Source: Azolla caroliniana
Lineage: Eukaryota > Plantae > Polypodiophyta
Direction: 5' to 3'
Assembly (NCBI GenBank): GCA_043228905.1
Contig: JBHGNT010000326.1
Location: forward strand, 1 to 34,802
DNA length: 34,802 nt
Shown here: positions 23,580-33,271 of the stretch, one piece after another
Layout: the number at the start of each line of letters is the position of its first letter
How positions within the stretch are numbered: the first letter of the stretch is position 1
Notes under the pieces: model-generated
What the model saw: the letters and a program-made list of their open reading frames with translations, nothing else
The model's database searches: none
Told to the model about the DNA's origin: nothing
Program-made: the position numbers and the translations under genes

Positions 23580-23591
23580 GCTCTGATACCA
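23580..23591 (-). promoter_or_regulatory. Primer-binding site, tRNA-Met (element C)
   Basis: TGGTATCAGAGC on -, 2 nt from an LTR end at 23594. Confidence 0.92.
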
Positions 23592-23593
23592 CT

Positions 23594-23798
23594 TGATTGG
23601 AAACTTAATAGCACTTAAACACTTATGTAAGACAGAAATTATGTTGTGCAAGATTATTCAAAGAGAACAAGAAAGATACACAACAAACACTATGCACAAT
23701 ACACCACAAATTTTAACGTGGAAAACCCTCAAAGAGGTAAAAACCACGGGACCTAGTCCAGAAATAATCCACTATCAATGTAAATCTTATGCACCAAA
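23594..23798 (-). repeat. 5' LTR of element C, U5 part; right end not resolved
   Basis: Begins TG next to the PBS; matches 5561-5744. Confidence 0.75.
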
Positions 23799-24178
23799 GT
23801 TCTGGGTTTATGGTTTTGTTAGATATAATCAATGATCAACCCCAAGCTGTAAATCTATCCCCATATTGAAGAGATAATGCCGAATATTGCTCAGCCACAA
23901 CCAAGTCTTGAATCACTTCAATGAGAATCAAACACATAAATGAGGTTGGAGATTAGTACACATACACACATGAACAATAGAGAGTACACAAGATGTTTAC
24001 GTGAAAAACCTTGAATGGGAAAAAACCATGGGAGCCCACAGACTCCAACTATCACTATGAAGAAAAGGTATAATCAGAGACTCAGAGGCACGACCTCGAG
24101 CTTTATATCTTCGCCAAGCGGCAGTTACAACAGAGTATCGCTCTGTATCTCTCTCTCTCTCTCTCTCTGTACAACAAT

Positions 24179-25330
24179 GCATTATGTACAACAATGAGCC
24201 ACTTGAATGTGTGGAAAGCTTCAAATATCTTGGCCTTGAAGTTCCTTCAAATCATAGATGGAATGAATGTGCTACACGCCGCTTAGAGGCGGGCAAACGA
24301 GCATACTATGCATTTGAGAACACATGCAATCTTGGAGATATTAAGTGTTGGGTCCTCAAGAAATATCTTTTTGACACTTTGGTGACACCAGTTCTTCTCT
24401 ATGGGGTGGAAGTATGGGGCAGTAGCATCCCTAAGTCTATGTGGAAAGAGTTTGAAAATGTCCAAAAGCATTTTCTTACCAAGTTTCTACAAGTTAAGAA
24501 ACAAACACCCTACACCCTCCTCCTCCTTGAGACGGGATCGCTTCCCATTGAGATCATGGCCATGGAAAGGGTTGTTGAATACATGCTTAAGGTTCAAAAA
24601 AGTCCCTCACATCGACTTCCTAGAATTGCGTGGGAAGCAAGCAAAAAGATCCAAAAGACGCATAAAAGCAAAATTTTGTGTTCCGGTTGGATGCAAGATA
24701 TAGAAAAATGGTTTGGTAGATGGGATGCGAGACACTTGCTTCATGATGCATCATTAGATTCCTCTGTAAATGAGGCATTTTTGCAACGCCAATGTATCAT
24801 GACATGGGACAAATGTGGAGGCTCACGCTTCACACATTATACTACACATGTTGCACCTAACTACAAAACCATATTCTTTGCGGAACGGGGAAATCGTACA
24901 CATCCATACATGTTAGAGCCCATACCGTTATCTGCCATTCGAACCATTGCTTCCATGCGACTTAGCTCACATGCATTGCGATGTGAAACAGGGCGTTGGG
25001 GTACAAGTGATGAGAGTGGTCGGTTATGCACACTTTGCCCTAAACAAGTTCGCGAGTCTGAGTATCACACTTTGATACAATGCTCTGCCTTTGATCATAT
25101 TCGACCATGCTTTCCACATCTCTTCGATCGAGCCCAATCTTTGCATGAATTCCTCTCACAACCACAATGTGCACTCTCGATTGCAACATTCATTGGTAAA
25201 GTTCTTGAACATCGAGAGTCACTACTCACTTTCACACGTATCACGTGAAATGTAATATTTTTGGTCTCATAGGTCATATTTGATCTCCGAAGACGATAAT
25301 ATAATCTATCTATCTATCTATCTATCTATC
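24179..25330 (+). mobile_element. 5'-truncated non-LTR retrotransposon (LINE, RTEX/RTE-like) with (ATCT)n tail
   Basis: ORF2 C-terminus, short 3' UTR, (ATCT)n at 25304-25330, imperfect about 30-bp flanking duplication 24146-24178 / 25327-25355. Confidence 0.85.
24184..25248 (+). pseudogene. LINE ORF2 C-terminal fragment (RT end/thumb plus CCHC finger), 354 open codons
   Basis: ECVESFKYLG, PVLLYGVEVWG, RLSSHALRCETGRW, RLCTLC...ESEYHTLIQC; endonuclease and RT core are absent. Confidence 0.88.
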
Positions 25331-25570
25331 TCTCTCTCTCTCTTTATACAACAATTATGCACATACAACAATATGTCAACACACACTTCTGTGATTGCCC
25401 TAGTTCGTATTTATACTCATATGAACTTAGGGCTATTTACAAATATAGGCTCAATAGGCTTACTCAAAACATATTTAACAAATATGTCTTCTCTTCCGGT
25501 TCTCATCGGGTCCTCTTCATTCCTAACCGGATCCCATCCTGAGGGAACGACTTCCCAACAATCTCCCCCT

Positions 25571-27228
25571 TCACTCCGGCATGGGATATCTCGTCAACAC
25601 GATCCACTTTCGGCACGCGTCCAACTTGTTGGTTGTCAACACCTTGGTCAGCATGTCCGACCCGTTCTCCGTGTGGATCTTCGTAAGCACGAACTCTTGA
25701 TCTTCTACTCTCTGCTGGATCTAGTGGTACCTCCGCTGGATATGTTTCGTCCGGGAATGGTAGGTTGCGTTCCTCGCAAGGTGGATGGCATTTTGATTGT
25801 CACAATAGAGCCTGTATTCCTCCTATTGGATCCCTAACTCTCTGATGAAGTCCTTCATCCAGATTATCTCCCTGCCGGCTTCCATAGCTGCCATGTACTT
25901 TGCCTCCGTGGTTGACAACGCAACCGTCTCTTGCAGCCTCGACTGCCACGAAACATCTCCCCCTGCATAAGCCATGACATATCCAGATGTAGACTGGCTG
26001 GTATTTGCATTAGCCGATATATCCGAATTGGTGAAGACTTCCAAGAGGGGTTTACCAGAGCTGAATCGGAGGCACATACTCGAGGTGCCTTTCAAATACC
26101 AGAGTATCCACTTGACCGCGTTCCAGTGCTCTTTTCCCGGATTGCTCATGAACCGGCTGACTACTTCGACCACATATCCAATATCCGGCTGGGTACATAC
26201 CATCGTGTACATCAAGCTTCCGACAACAGAGGAATATGGTATCTTCATCATATCCGTCTTCTCCGCCTTTGTCCTCGGGCTTTGTTTTCCGGATAGCTTG
26301 CAGTTTGCCGGAAGTGTCAATCCGACCGGTTTCACTTCCGACATGTTGAACCGTTGAAGCACCTTTGTCACGTACTTCTCTTGACTCCGGTCCGGTGTTA
26401 GGTGGAACGACGCTCCGGAATCGACAACCCACATTGTCTCGTCGCCGACAAGGTTCAACTCATTCTCCTTGGTAACGAGCATCAGTTCTTCTTCACTTGT
26501 CGTGATCGCCGACGTTCCTTTCCGATCCGGGCCTCTCCGGTCCGAACTCCTCTTCGAATAGGTAGTACCGGTTTCTTTCTCTTTTTGGAAATGCCAATAG
26601 TTCTTCTGGAAGTGTCCCGACTTCCCACAGTAGAACCAAGTAGGCCTCCCCCTTGACTTAGATCTTATCCCCGATTTGTCTCGGTTTTGGGGACTCCGAT
26701 ATTGGCCTCTTCCCCGGTTGTGGTCATCTTCCGTGACCAAGGCCTTCGGATCGGTTCCGAACTCCCGGTCCTTCCGACAAGCTTCTTCATCTAGCAAGCT
26801 CGACTTTACTCTTGCCAAGGACAACTGCTTTCCTTCCGGCCCGACATTGCCGAATGTGACAACTAGCGTCTCCCAACTATCCAGGAGGGAACCAAGCAGG
26901 AGTAATGCGAGTACCTCATCGGTGAGAGGTACTTCCAAAGAGGTTGCCTGGTTTATCAGTCCTTGGAAGGCATTCATGTGCTCCGCCATACTAGAGCCTC
27001 ACTAGATTCTGGAATATCGAAATCCGATTAACAACATTCTTGTTCTAGAACATGATGCCGATCTTCTCCCAGAGTTCATGAGCCTTACTTTCTTCATTGA
27101 AGTTGTTGTACATGGTCATGTCGATGAAGCACCGGATGTACGCCGTCGTCCTCATGTGCATCACCTCCCATGTCGTGGCATCGATCTCATCCGGTTTCTT
27201 GTCCCCGAACTGTACCGGCAACCAGAGA
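25571..27228 (-). pseudogene. Element F gag-PR fused to late RT-RNase H
   Basis: EVLALLLLGSLLDSWETLVVT; WVVDSGASFHLTPDR|SQEKYVTKVLQRFNM; PYSSVVGSLMY; VALSTTEAKY; YHSRTKHI. Confidence 0.9.
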
Positions 27229-27682
27229 TGTTACGGGCATGACCATTTAATATCCCGTGGTGAGAATTTACCGTAGTATTCTATACATGTGGATAAGTGT
27301 GAGGGTTAAATGAGAGTGTAAAAAGGGGTGGATTACTTTTAATCCTCGGGATTGAGACAACCCCTTAGGTCAAGTGTGAACGTGCCTGGGGGCCTTGGGT
27401 ATCGCTATAAATAAGAGGCTTAGCTACCCTCATTTGAGGATCTTTTGTCTACATTGAGACTCTGCTCTTGTGGTTGGTCAACTCTTGTAGCGAGCGCGCC
27501 AACACCAGGTACGACTCGACGCCACGACGGTGGTATGGGACGCCGATCGAGGCTCGAGTCCGTCTTGATCCCTTCGCTCGGGGGTGGTCGGGTGGGTCGG
27601 CACCCTTCTTTCTCTTTCTCCTTTCTATCTATCATTACTTTATCCTTATCTTAAGCTTACTTTAGTACCTAGATCTATAATA
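27229..27682 (+). repeat. 5' LTR of gypsy G
   Basis: Starts TG exactly where F gag stops; TATA-like ctataaata near 27406; ends ...TAATA (probably mutated CA) before the PBS. Partner LTR is not in the window. Confidence 0.72.
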
Positions 27683-27684
27683 TT

Positions 27685-27694
27685 TGGTATCAGA
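27685..27694 (+). promoter_or_regulatory. Primer-binding site, tRNA-Met (gypsy G)
   Basis: TGGTATCAGA. Confidence 0.85.
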
Positions 27695-27931
27695 TTTATG
27701 TACTAATGTTTCTTTGTTTTTCATTTGTCGTTTGATTGATGGTGATCGATCGATGTGCGGTCGGCCTTCATCCAGACAACGATCAACAAAGAACTTCGGT
27801 AACTCTTTCCATAATTTTTCTTTCTATTGTCTCTTCTCCCATCTAATCATGTGTTTAGTTTATATGTCATTTTTTTTTCATTAAGTCAATGATGTTGTAG
27901 TGGTCTTTAATTGATTATCTAAAACGTTTAC

Positions 27932-28195
27932 ATATGTGCATGAGGTCAATACCTCGTTGGACATATTAATAATATGTGATGAGTGTCGTATGCGTACGAG
28001 GTTAATACCTCAATTACGTATTACGTTCACGAACATATGTTACGTTTGCGTATAAGTTTAATACCTTGATTTGCTGTAAACGATATGCGGTTGGTTTCGT
28101 ATGCGTAAGAGGTCAATACCTCAATTGCGTATTACGATGATCTCTTATTTGAGGATGTTTCGTGTGCGTAGAGGTATATACCTCGATTACGTATC
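27932..28195 (+). repeat. Five degenerate palindromic repeats, about 56-bp period, core GAGGT-N4-ACCTC
   Basis: Cores start at 27942, 27998, 28054 (degenerate), 28109 and 28171. Confidence 0.85.
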
Positions 28196-29340
28196 TCGAT
28201 CACATCATTTGTGGCTATTTAATATAACGATATGTTTAATATAGGCATATGTGGTCACATATATACGTATTTGATCGTATATATGTGATAAGTAAACATA
28301 TGTGTATATTCGTTATTACGTGATTATATCGAAAGTTGTCCTTGTCGGGAAAAGGATGTTGGTGGCGTTGTCACCATCCCTTTTTCAACAATTTTTTATT
28401 GTTGACAACCTCGTTGATGACCTCGATTTCGTTACGTAAAGAAACGCCTATAGCCATAATGATGTTGAGTACGTAGGGCTTGACCCATTTCAAGTGAGGT
28501 CGCTCCAATGACACACGTATCCAACATCCCTCCCTCGTTACATGGATACGATGCCACAATGAGCTCGTTCTTACGAGAGGCATTCGTAATGACGTGACCA
28601 TGTGATGGGCCACGTGAGCCTACTACGAAACGAGGGCTCATTTGGCTTGACCATTAGGTTGCACTTTGGCGTATGTCATCGTAATTACGAGACTTGAGGT
28701 TAGGTAACGTACCAACATAGTTTTGGTAAATGAGGGCGAAATAAGGACCCTTGACATATATGTTCTTTTAGAAAAAACATATATGATCTCGCATATCTCT
28801 TATACGCATCAAACATTAAGCATTCGAGAAGAGCAACTTACTTGGTTGGCTCAAGTGTTTAATGTATTTGTTCTCGAGGTGTCGAGTTCAAATATGACCA
28901 AGACCATACAACATCCTTGATACATATGACTATAACACATGTTTAGACTTAAGGTCTAAGTGCACCTCAGGGTCCTCGTAATAGGACTTAAAGAGCCGAA
29001 ACCACATATGTGGGCACCGAAACATAGTTTATTGTTAACATTTTTTTCGTGTATAAACTATTCATGACACAAACATACATGGTTGAGCCTCGGGGAGCCA
29101 CCATGAAAAAATCGATATAGAGATAAGGGAAAGACATTTATTTGTCACCCCCATGGTTTTAAAAACACCTTTGTGTTACCATAGTAACCTGATCTTGAAC
29201 CTCATCTCATACGTCTAGAGGGGTATTGACGTGAGATCATGATATCGATTAATGTTTGCCCATGATATGTTTACATCACGACATGATGTTATGACAATCT
29301 CTCTGACCTTATCCTATTTCTTTTCCAGAAATAATCTTAA

Positions 29341-31992
29341 ATGGCTCAAATTAACGACCCGATGTCATCCGCTCAAGCGGAAGGAACTCAAGGAAATCCT
29401 CCTGGACAAATGTCCACTGAGATGTATTTGGCACAAATAACCCAATACCTTAGTTTCACCGCTCAACAGATGACCGAACTTCGGCAATCTCAGAGTGCTC
29501 TTGAGGCACGTGTCATTAGTCTACAACGTGAGACTAATAGACGTGATGAGTGACAAGGTGAACCATCATTTGTCGTTAAGCCATTTACGGGAGACAAAAA
29601 GGAAAGAACCGAAGAAGCAATCTGCACATGGCTGGGAGGATGGGAGTCTCATTTTGAGCTTTATCCCACGGCAGATAGTACAAAGATTGCATATGTCGGC
29701 CGAGAACTCGGGGGTAAGGCCGCCGCCTGGTGGTGTGGGCTCCGTACTATGGGGAAATTGCCCGATACCTGGACAGATTTTGTCACGGTTTTTAAGGGCC
29801 AATTTCTGCAACCTCCCTCTCGAACCGAGGCAGCACAAGCTTTAATGAACCTCTCTAGCAAGAAATTTTTCTCGCTAGAAGACTATGTTCACCATGCTAG
29901 AACCCAAATCCAAAAATCGGGTCTAGAAGGGGACAATTGGTTGATAGCTTGTTTTGTCAATGGCATCCCCAATTCGGACTATCACTGGATAGTGCACGAT
30001 AAGGATCCAAAATCCTTCGAAGAGGCCGTTGAAATAGTTCTTCGCTATCAACGCACTTCGAAGAAGGACCACAACAAACCCAACGAAGCGCCCGGGACTA
30101 AGCAGTCGCAATTTGTTGGGAAACGCAAGACACCCAACGAATTCCTGGATTGCGATTGTAAGCGACAACATCCTTTTTGCGTATTCTGCAAAAAGAAGGG
30201 TCATACAAAAGATCAATGACGAAAGCTCCAACGGAAAGAGCACGACAACAAAGCTAAAGCTGCAGACCATAAAGGTCAGATTCCTAATGTCCTTTAGGTC
30301 TATACACATCATTTAAGTAATTGTCAATGTTCTTTCCCTCACTATGTATTGGGTCCCAATGATTTACTACGTGCAAACGGGTATATCAATGGATCTCCCG
30401 TACAATTTTTATTTGATTCAGGAAGCTCACACAATTTTGTGAATGATCGTTTGGTTAAGATATGGGGAATCCAACCCACCGTAAGTGATCACACCTACAC
30501 GGTGCACTTGGCTGATGGAAGAGTACAATACATCAACGAGGCGATTCATTAATTTGGAATTTCTATTGATGCTTATATAGAGGAAGTAGACTTCCATGTA
30601 ATGAATCTTTGTACCACCGATGTAATATTGGGTTATCCCTGGTTTTATAATAAAAACTCTTCTTTATTTATTGATTGGGTTCGCCATTCCATTTCTTTTG
30701 TACTGAACGATTGTACGCATTTTATTCAATGTGTAAAAAAACAATCCCTCTCGATTGTTTCCTCGTGTCCATCAATATCCGAGTTGTCTTGTTCTACGTT
30801 ATTTTATTGTGTACTTGATCCGGACATTCACGTTTACAATATCGATAATGTCCCGGTTCAATTAACATATTTTGAACAACAACAACTTGATGAAATCTTA
30901 AATGATTTTCATGATGTTTTTCCAAGTGAACTACCTGATGGGTTACCTCCTAAACGAACTATAGACCATCGTATAGATATTGTACCTGGTGTTGCACCAA
31001 TAAGTATACCTCCGTATCGCTTAAGTCGATCCGAAGAAGATGAGGTATCTAAGCAACTCAAGGACTATTTACGAATGGGTTATATACGTTATAGTAAATC
31101 TCCATGGGGTGCACCAGTTCTCTTGGTTAAAAAGAAAGAGGGCACATGGCGTATGTGTATTAATTACCGACGCTTGAATAAAGTGACGATCAAGAATTCG
31201 TATCCATTGCTCCGGGCTGACGATCTAATTGACCGTCTCCAGGGGGCTCGGTATTTTACGAAACTTGATCTCCGTACTGGCTACCATCAAATACGAATAA
31301 GTGAGGACGATGTTCCTAAAACGGCATTTCGTACGCACTATGGCCATTACGAGTTTTTGGTTATGCCTTTTGGTTTGACCAATGCTCCGGCTACTTTTCA
31401 ACAAGAAATGAATGACATTTTCCGAGAACAACTTGGAAAATTTGTCGTTATTTTCTTGGATGATATTTTAGTTTATAGCCGTACATTACAAGAACATGCT
31501 AGACATGTCTGCTTTGTTTTACAAACATTGCGTGACAAACAGTTTTATGCAAAGATCTCAAAATGTGAGTTCTTCAAGAAATCAATTACTTATCTAGGAC
31601 ATCTCATAACCGAACGAAGAGTTGAAATTGATCCTTCTCGCATTGAGAAAATCAAGCTTTGGCCTACTCTTCTGAATATTCGAGAAGTTCGATCATTCCT
31701 TGGTTTTGTCGGGTTTTTGCGAAAGTCTCTTCGTAATTACTCCCAATTGACGACGCCGTTTACTGATATTTTAAAAGGTCAAACGCGTAAGTCTACAAAC
31801 CCTATTGTGTGGAATGGTACACTAGACCTCGCCTTTAAGGAACTCAAGGACTTGGTTTGCAAGGCTCCTTCACTTCTTTTACCTGATCCTTCAAAACCTT
31901 TTGAGGTTGAAACCGATCCAAGTGATTATGCTATAGGTGCTATCTTGTATCAAGATGGTAAACCAATAGCATTCGAGAGTAAGAAACTTAAC
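29341..31992 (+). pseudogene. Gypsy G gag, aspartic protease, RT and partial RNase H
   Basis: Gag LGGKAAAWW...TWTDFVTVFKGQF; knuckle CVFCKKKGHTKDQ*; PR LFDSGSSHNFV; [48 protein letters not shown]; RNase [15 protein letters not shown]...FESKKLN; stops at 29551, 30217 and 30550. Confidence 0.92.
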
Positions 31993-32360
31993 ACGTTCGC
32001 GTTCACAAGTGGAAGGATTGCGCATTCCACTTGTAGAATCTTCTTAAAACGAAGAAAATACACCCTCTCTACAATAATTGGATGCACTAGTATCACATGT
32101 TCCTCAACTTGATAAGAATTTGCAAATATAAAAATACATGATAGATCTACGAGTGGAGATCATTAGAAATCATGCAAGTTTAGACATGTTGATAAGTTAA
32201 TGTAGGCATAATAAAGTTCAACTATGGCTCAATATGGCACTATTGTGCGACAAGGGAAACACTAACTTAAAGACTTATATTAATTAGGTAGGTTTTACAA
32301 AAATATGAGGTGTACTTGTATCTATACTAATAAAATGAGATATAATTTATACTTTGACCC

Positions 32361-32645
32361 ATACGTGCATGTATGTAATTGTGGAAAATGTAGGATAGTG
32401 CACATTAGGATAAGTGATTGGAATAACTAACTTATTAAAGTATTCAATACTTATATTAAAAGTTGATCTAATCTATTCCTCAGTTTGTTCATATGGGATC
32501 AAACTATATGTGTATATAATTGTGCACAATGTAAGGCAGTGAACTTTAGGATAATGTCGTGGAAATAACAAACCTATTAGGCTTTCATACCTGTATTTAA
32601 AATTGATCTACTCTATTGCTTAGGTGATTCACACAAGATCAAACT
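32361..32645. repeat. Diverged about 140-bp tandem duplication
   Basis: Both copies share taattgtg..aatgta...ttaggataa...aataac.aac.tatta...ttgatcta.tctatt and end in gatcaaact (32505 and 32645). Confidence 0.75.
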
Positions 32646-33271
32646 CCGAACGATAACGCAACTGGAACCATTATCAACACACTACACAATCTAAGCAGCA
32701 ATGGAATAGAAACATAATAGTTTTAACAATATAAGACAAAGATCCATAATAACAACATGGACAGTCATGGCAACAATTATAGGGCCATGTTCTGTTAAGG
32801 TTAGCTTGGACCAAAATCAGCCTCCATTTAAGCTAGTTCATGTTTCTCCATAAGTTTGGTAGTCAGCTATGCACGCGGTGAAACCAATATCATAAATCTA
32901 CTAATCAAGTATATAAAAATAAAATTGAAACATATAGATGATTATAAAGAATAGAATCCACTAGGTAAAACCCAAAATTTGTATTAATAATGTGAAATCT
33001 TAACAAATCGTCAGTGTCATATACTTTATAGAGTCTATTACATAGCAATCAATTCATCAACGTCATTTTCTTCATCATCTTGTGTAGAACTGTCTTCGGC
33101 TATACGTGCATTGGTTTCCCCTGTTAGCCGAGCCAACGAAATATCTTCTATAAGCTCATCATCAAGCTCTATTAGCTCCCCCGGTTCGCCGGCTAACGGA
33201 GGAATAGGCTCTCGCGAAGCAGGTTGAAACCTTTCTGTATTAGCGAGGTTCTTTGCACCGACCTCCTCATC

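Larger units (their letters stand above)
5561..23798 (-). mobile_element. Ty1/copia element C, Tto1/Tork-like, outermost host of the nest, internally deleted
   Basis: Matching LTR segments 5561-5744 and 23616-23798; PBS at 23580-23591; gag-PR-INT at right and INT/RNase H remnant at left; integrase KEEVLE|(L)VHSDVCGP is split by element B. Outer boundaries are uncertain. Confidence 0.75.
23817..27228 (-). mobile_element. Ty1/copia element F (Tork-like), internally deleted; 3' LTR about 23817/23848-25560 split by a LINE; gag interrupted by gypsy G
   Basis: LTR end ttcccaaca at 25560 followed by PPT complement atctccccct; U5-like motif tttacgtgaaaaacc...aaaaaccatggg resembles the C LTR. Left LTR boundary is a guess because the partner LTR is outside the window. 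Confidence 0.72.
27229..31992 (+). mobile_element. Ty3/gypsy LTR retrotransposon G (chromovirus-like RT), 5' portion, interrupted in RNase H
   Basis: LTR from TGTTAC at 27229, PBS 27685-27694, long leader, gag-PR-RT-RNase H domain order. Confidence 0.88.

Noticed and set aside
27932-28195. CRISPR array (palindromic repeats with variable spacers)
   Set aside because: Repeats are too degenerate, there are no cas genes, and the array lies in a eukaryotic retrotransposon leader; kept as a stem-loop array.
32005-32034. Rho-independent terminator
   Set aside because: Eukaryotic context and no U-tract; better read as a subterminal TE hairpin.
31993-32112. C-terminal 39 aa of the 503-aa gypsy ORF as real Pol
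   Set aside because: RNase H similarity ends at FESKKLN; the rest is read-through into foreign sequence.
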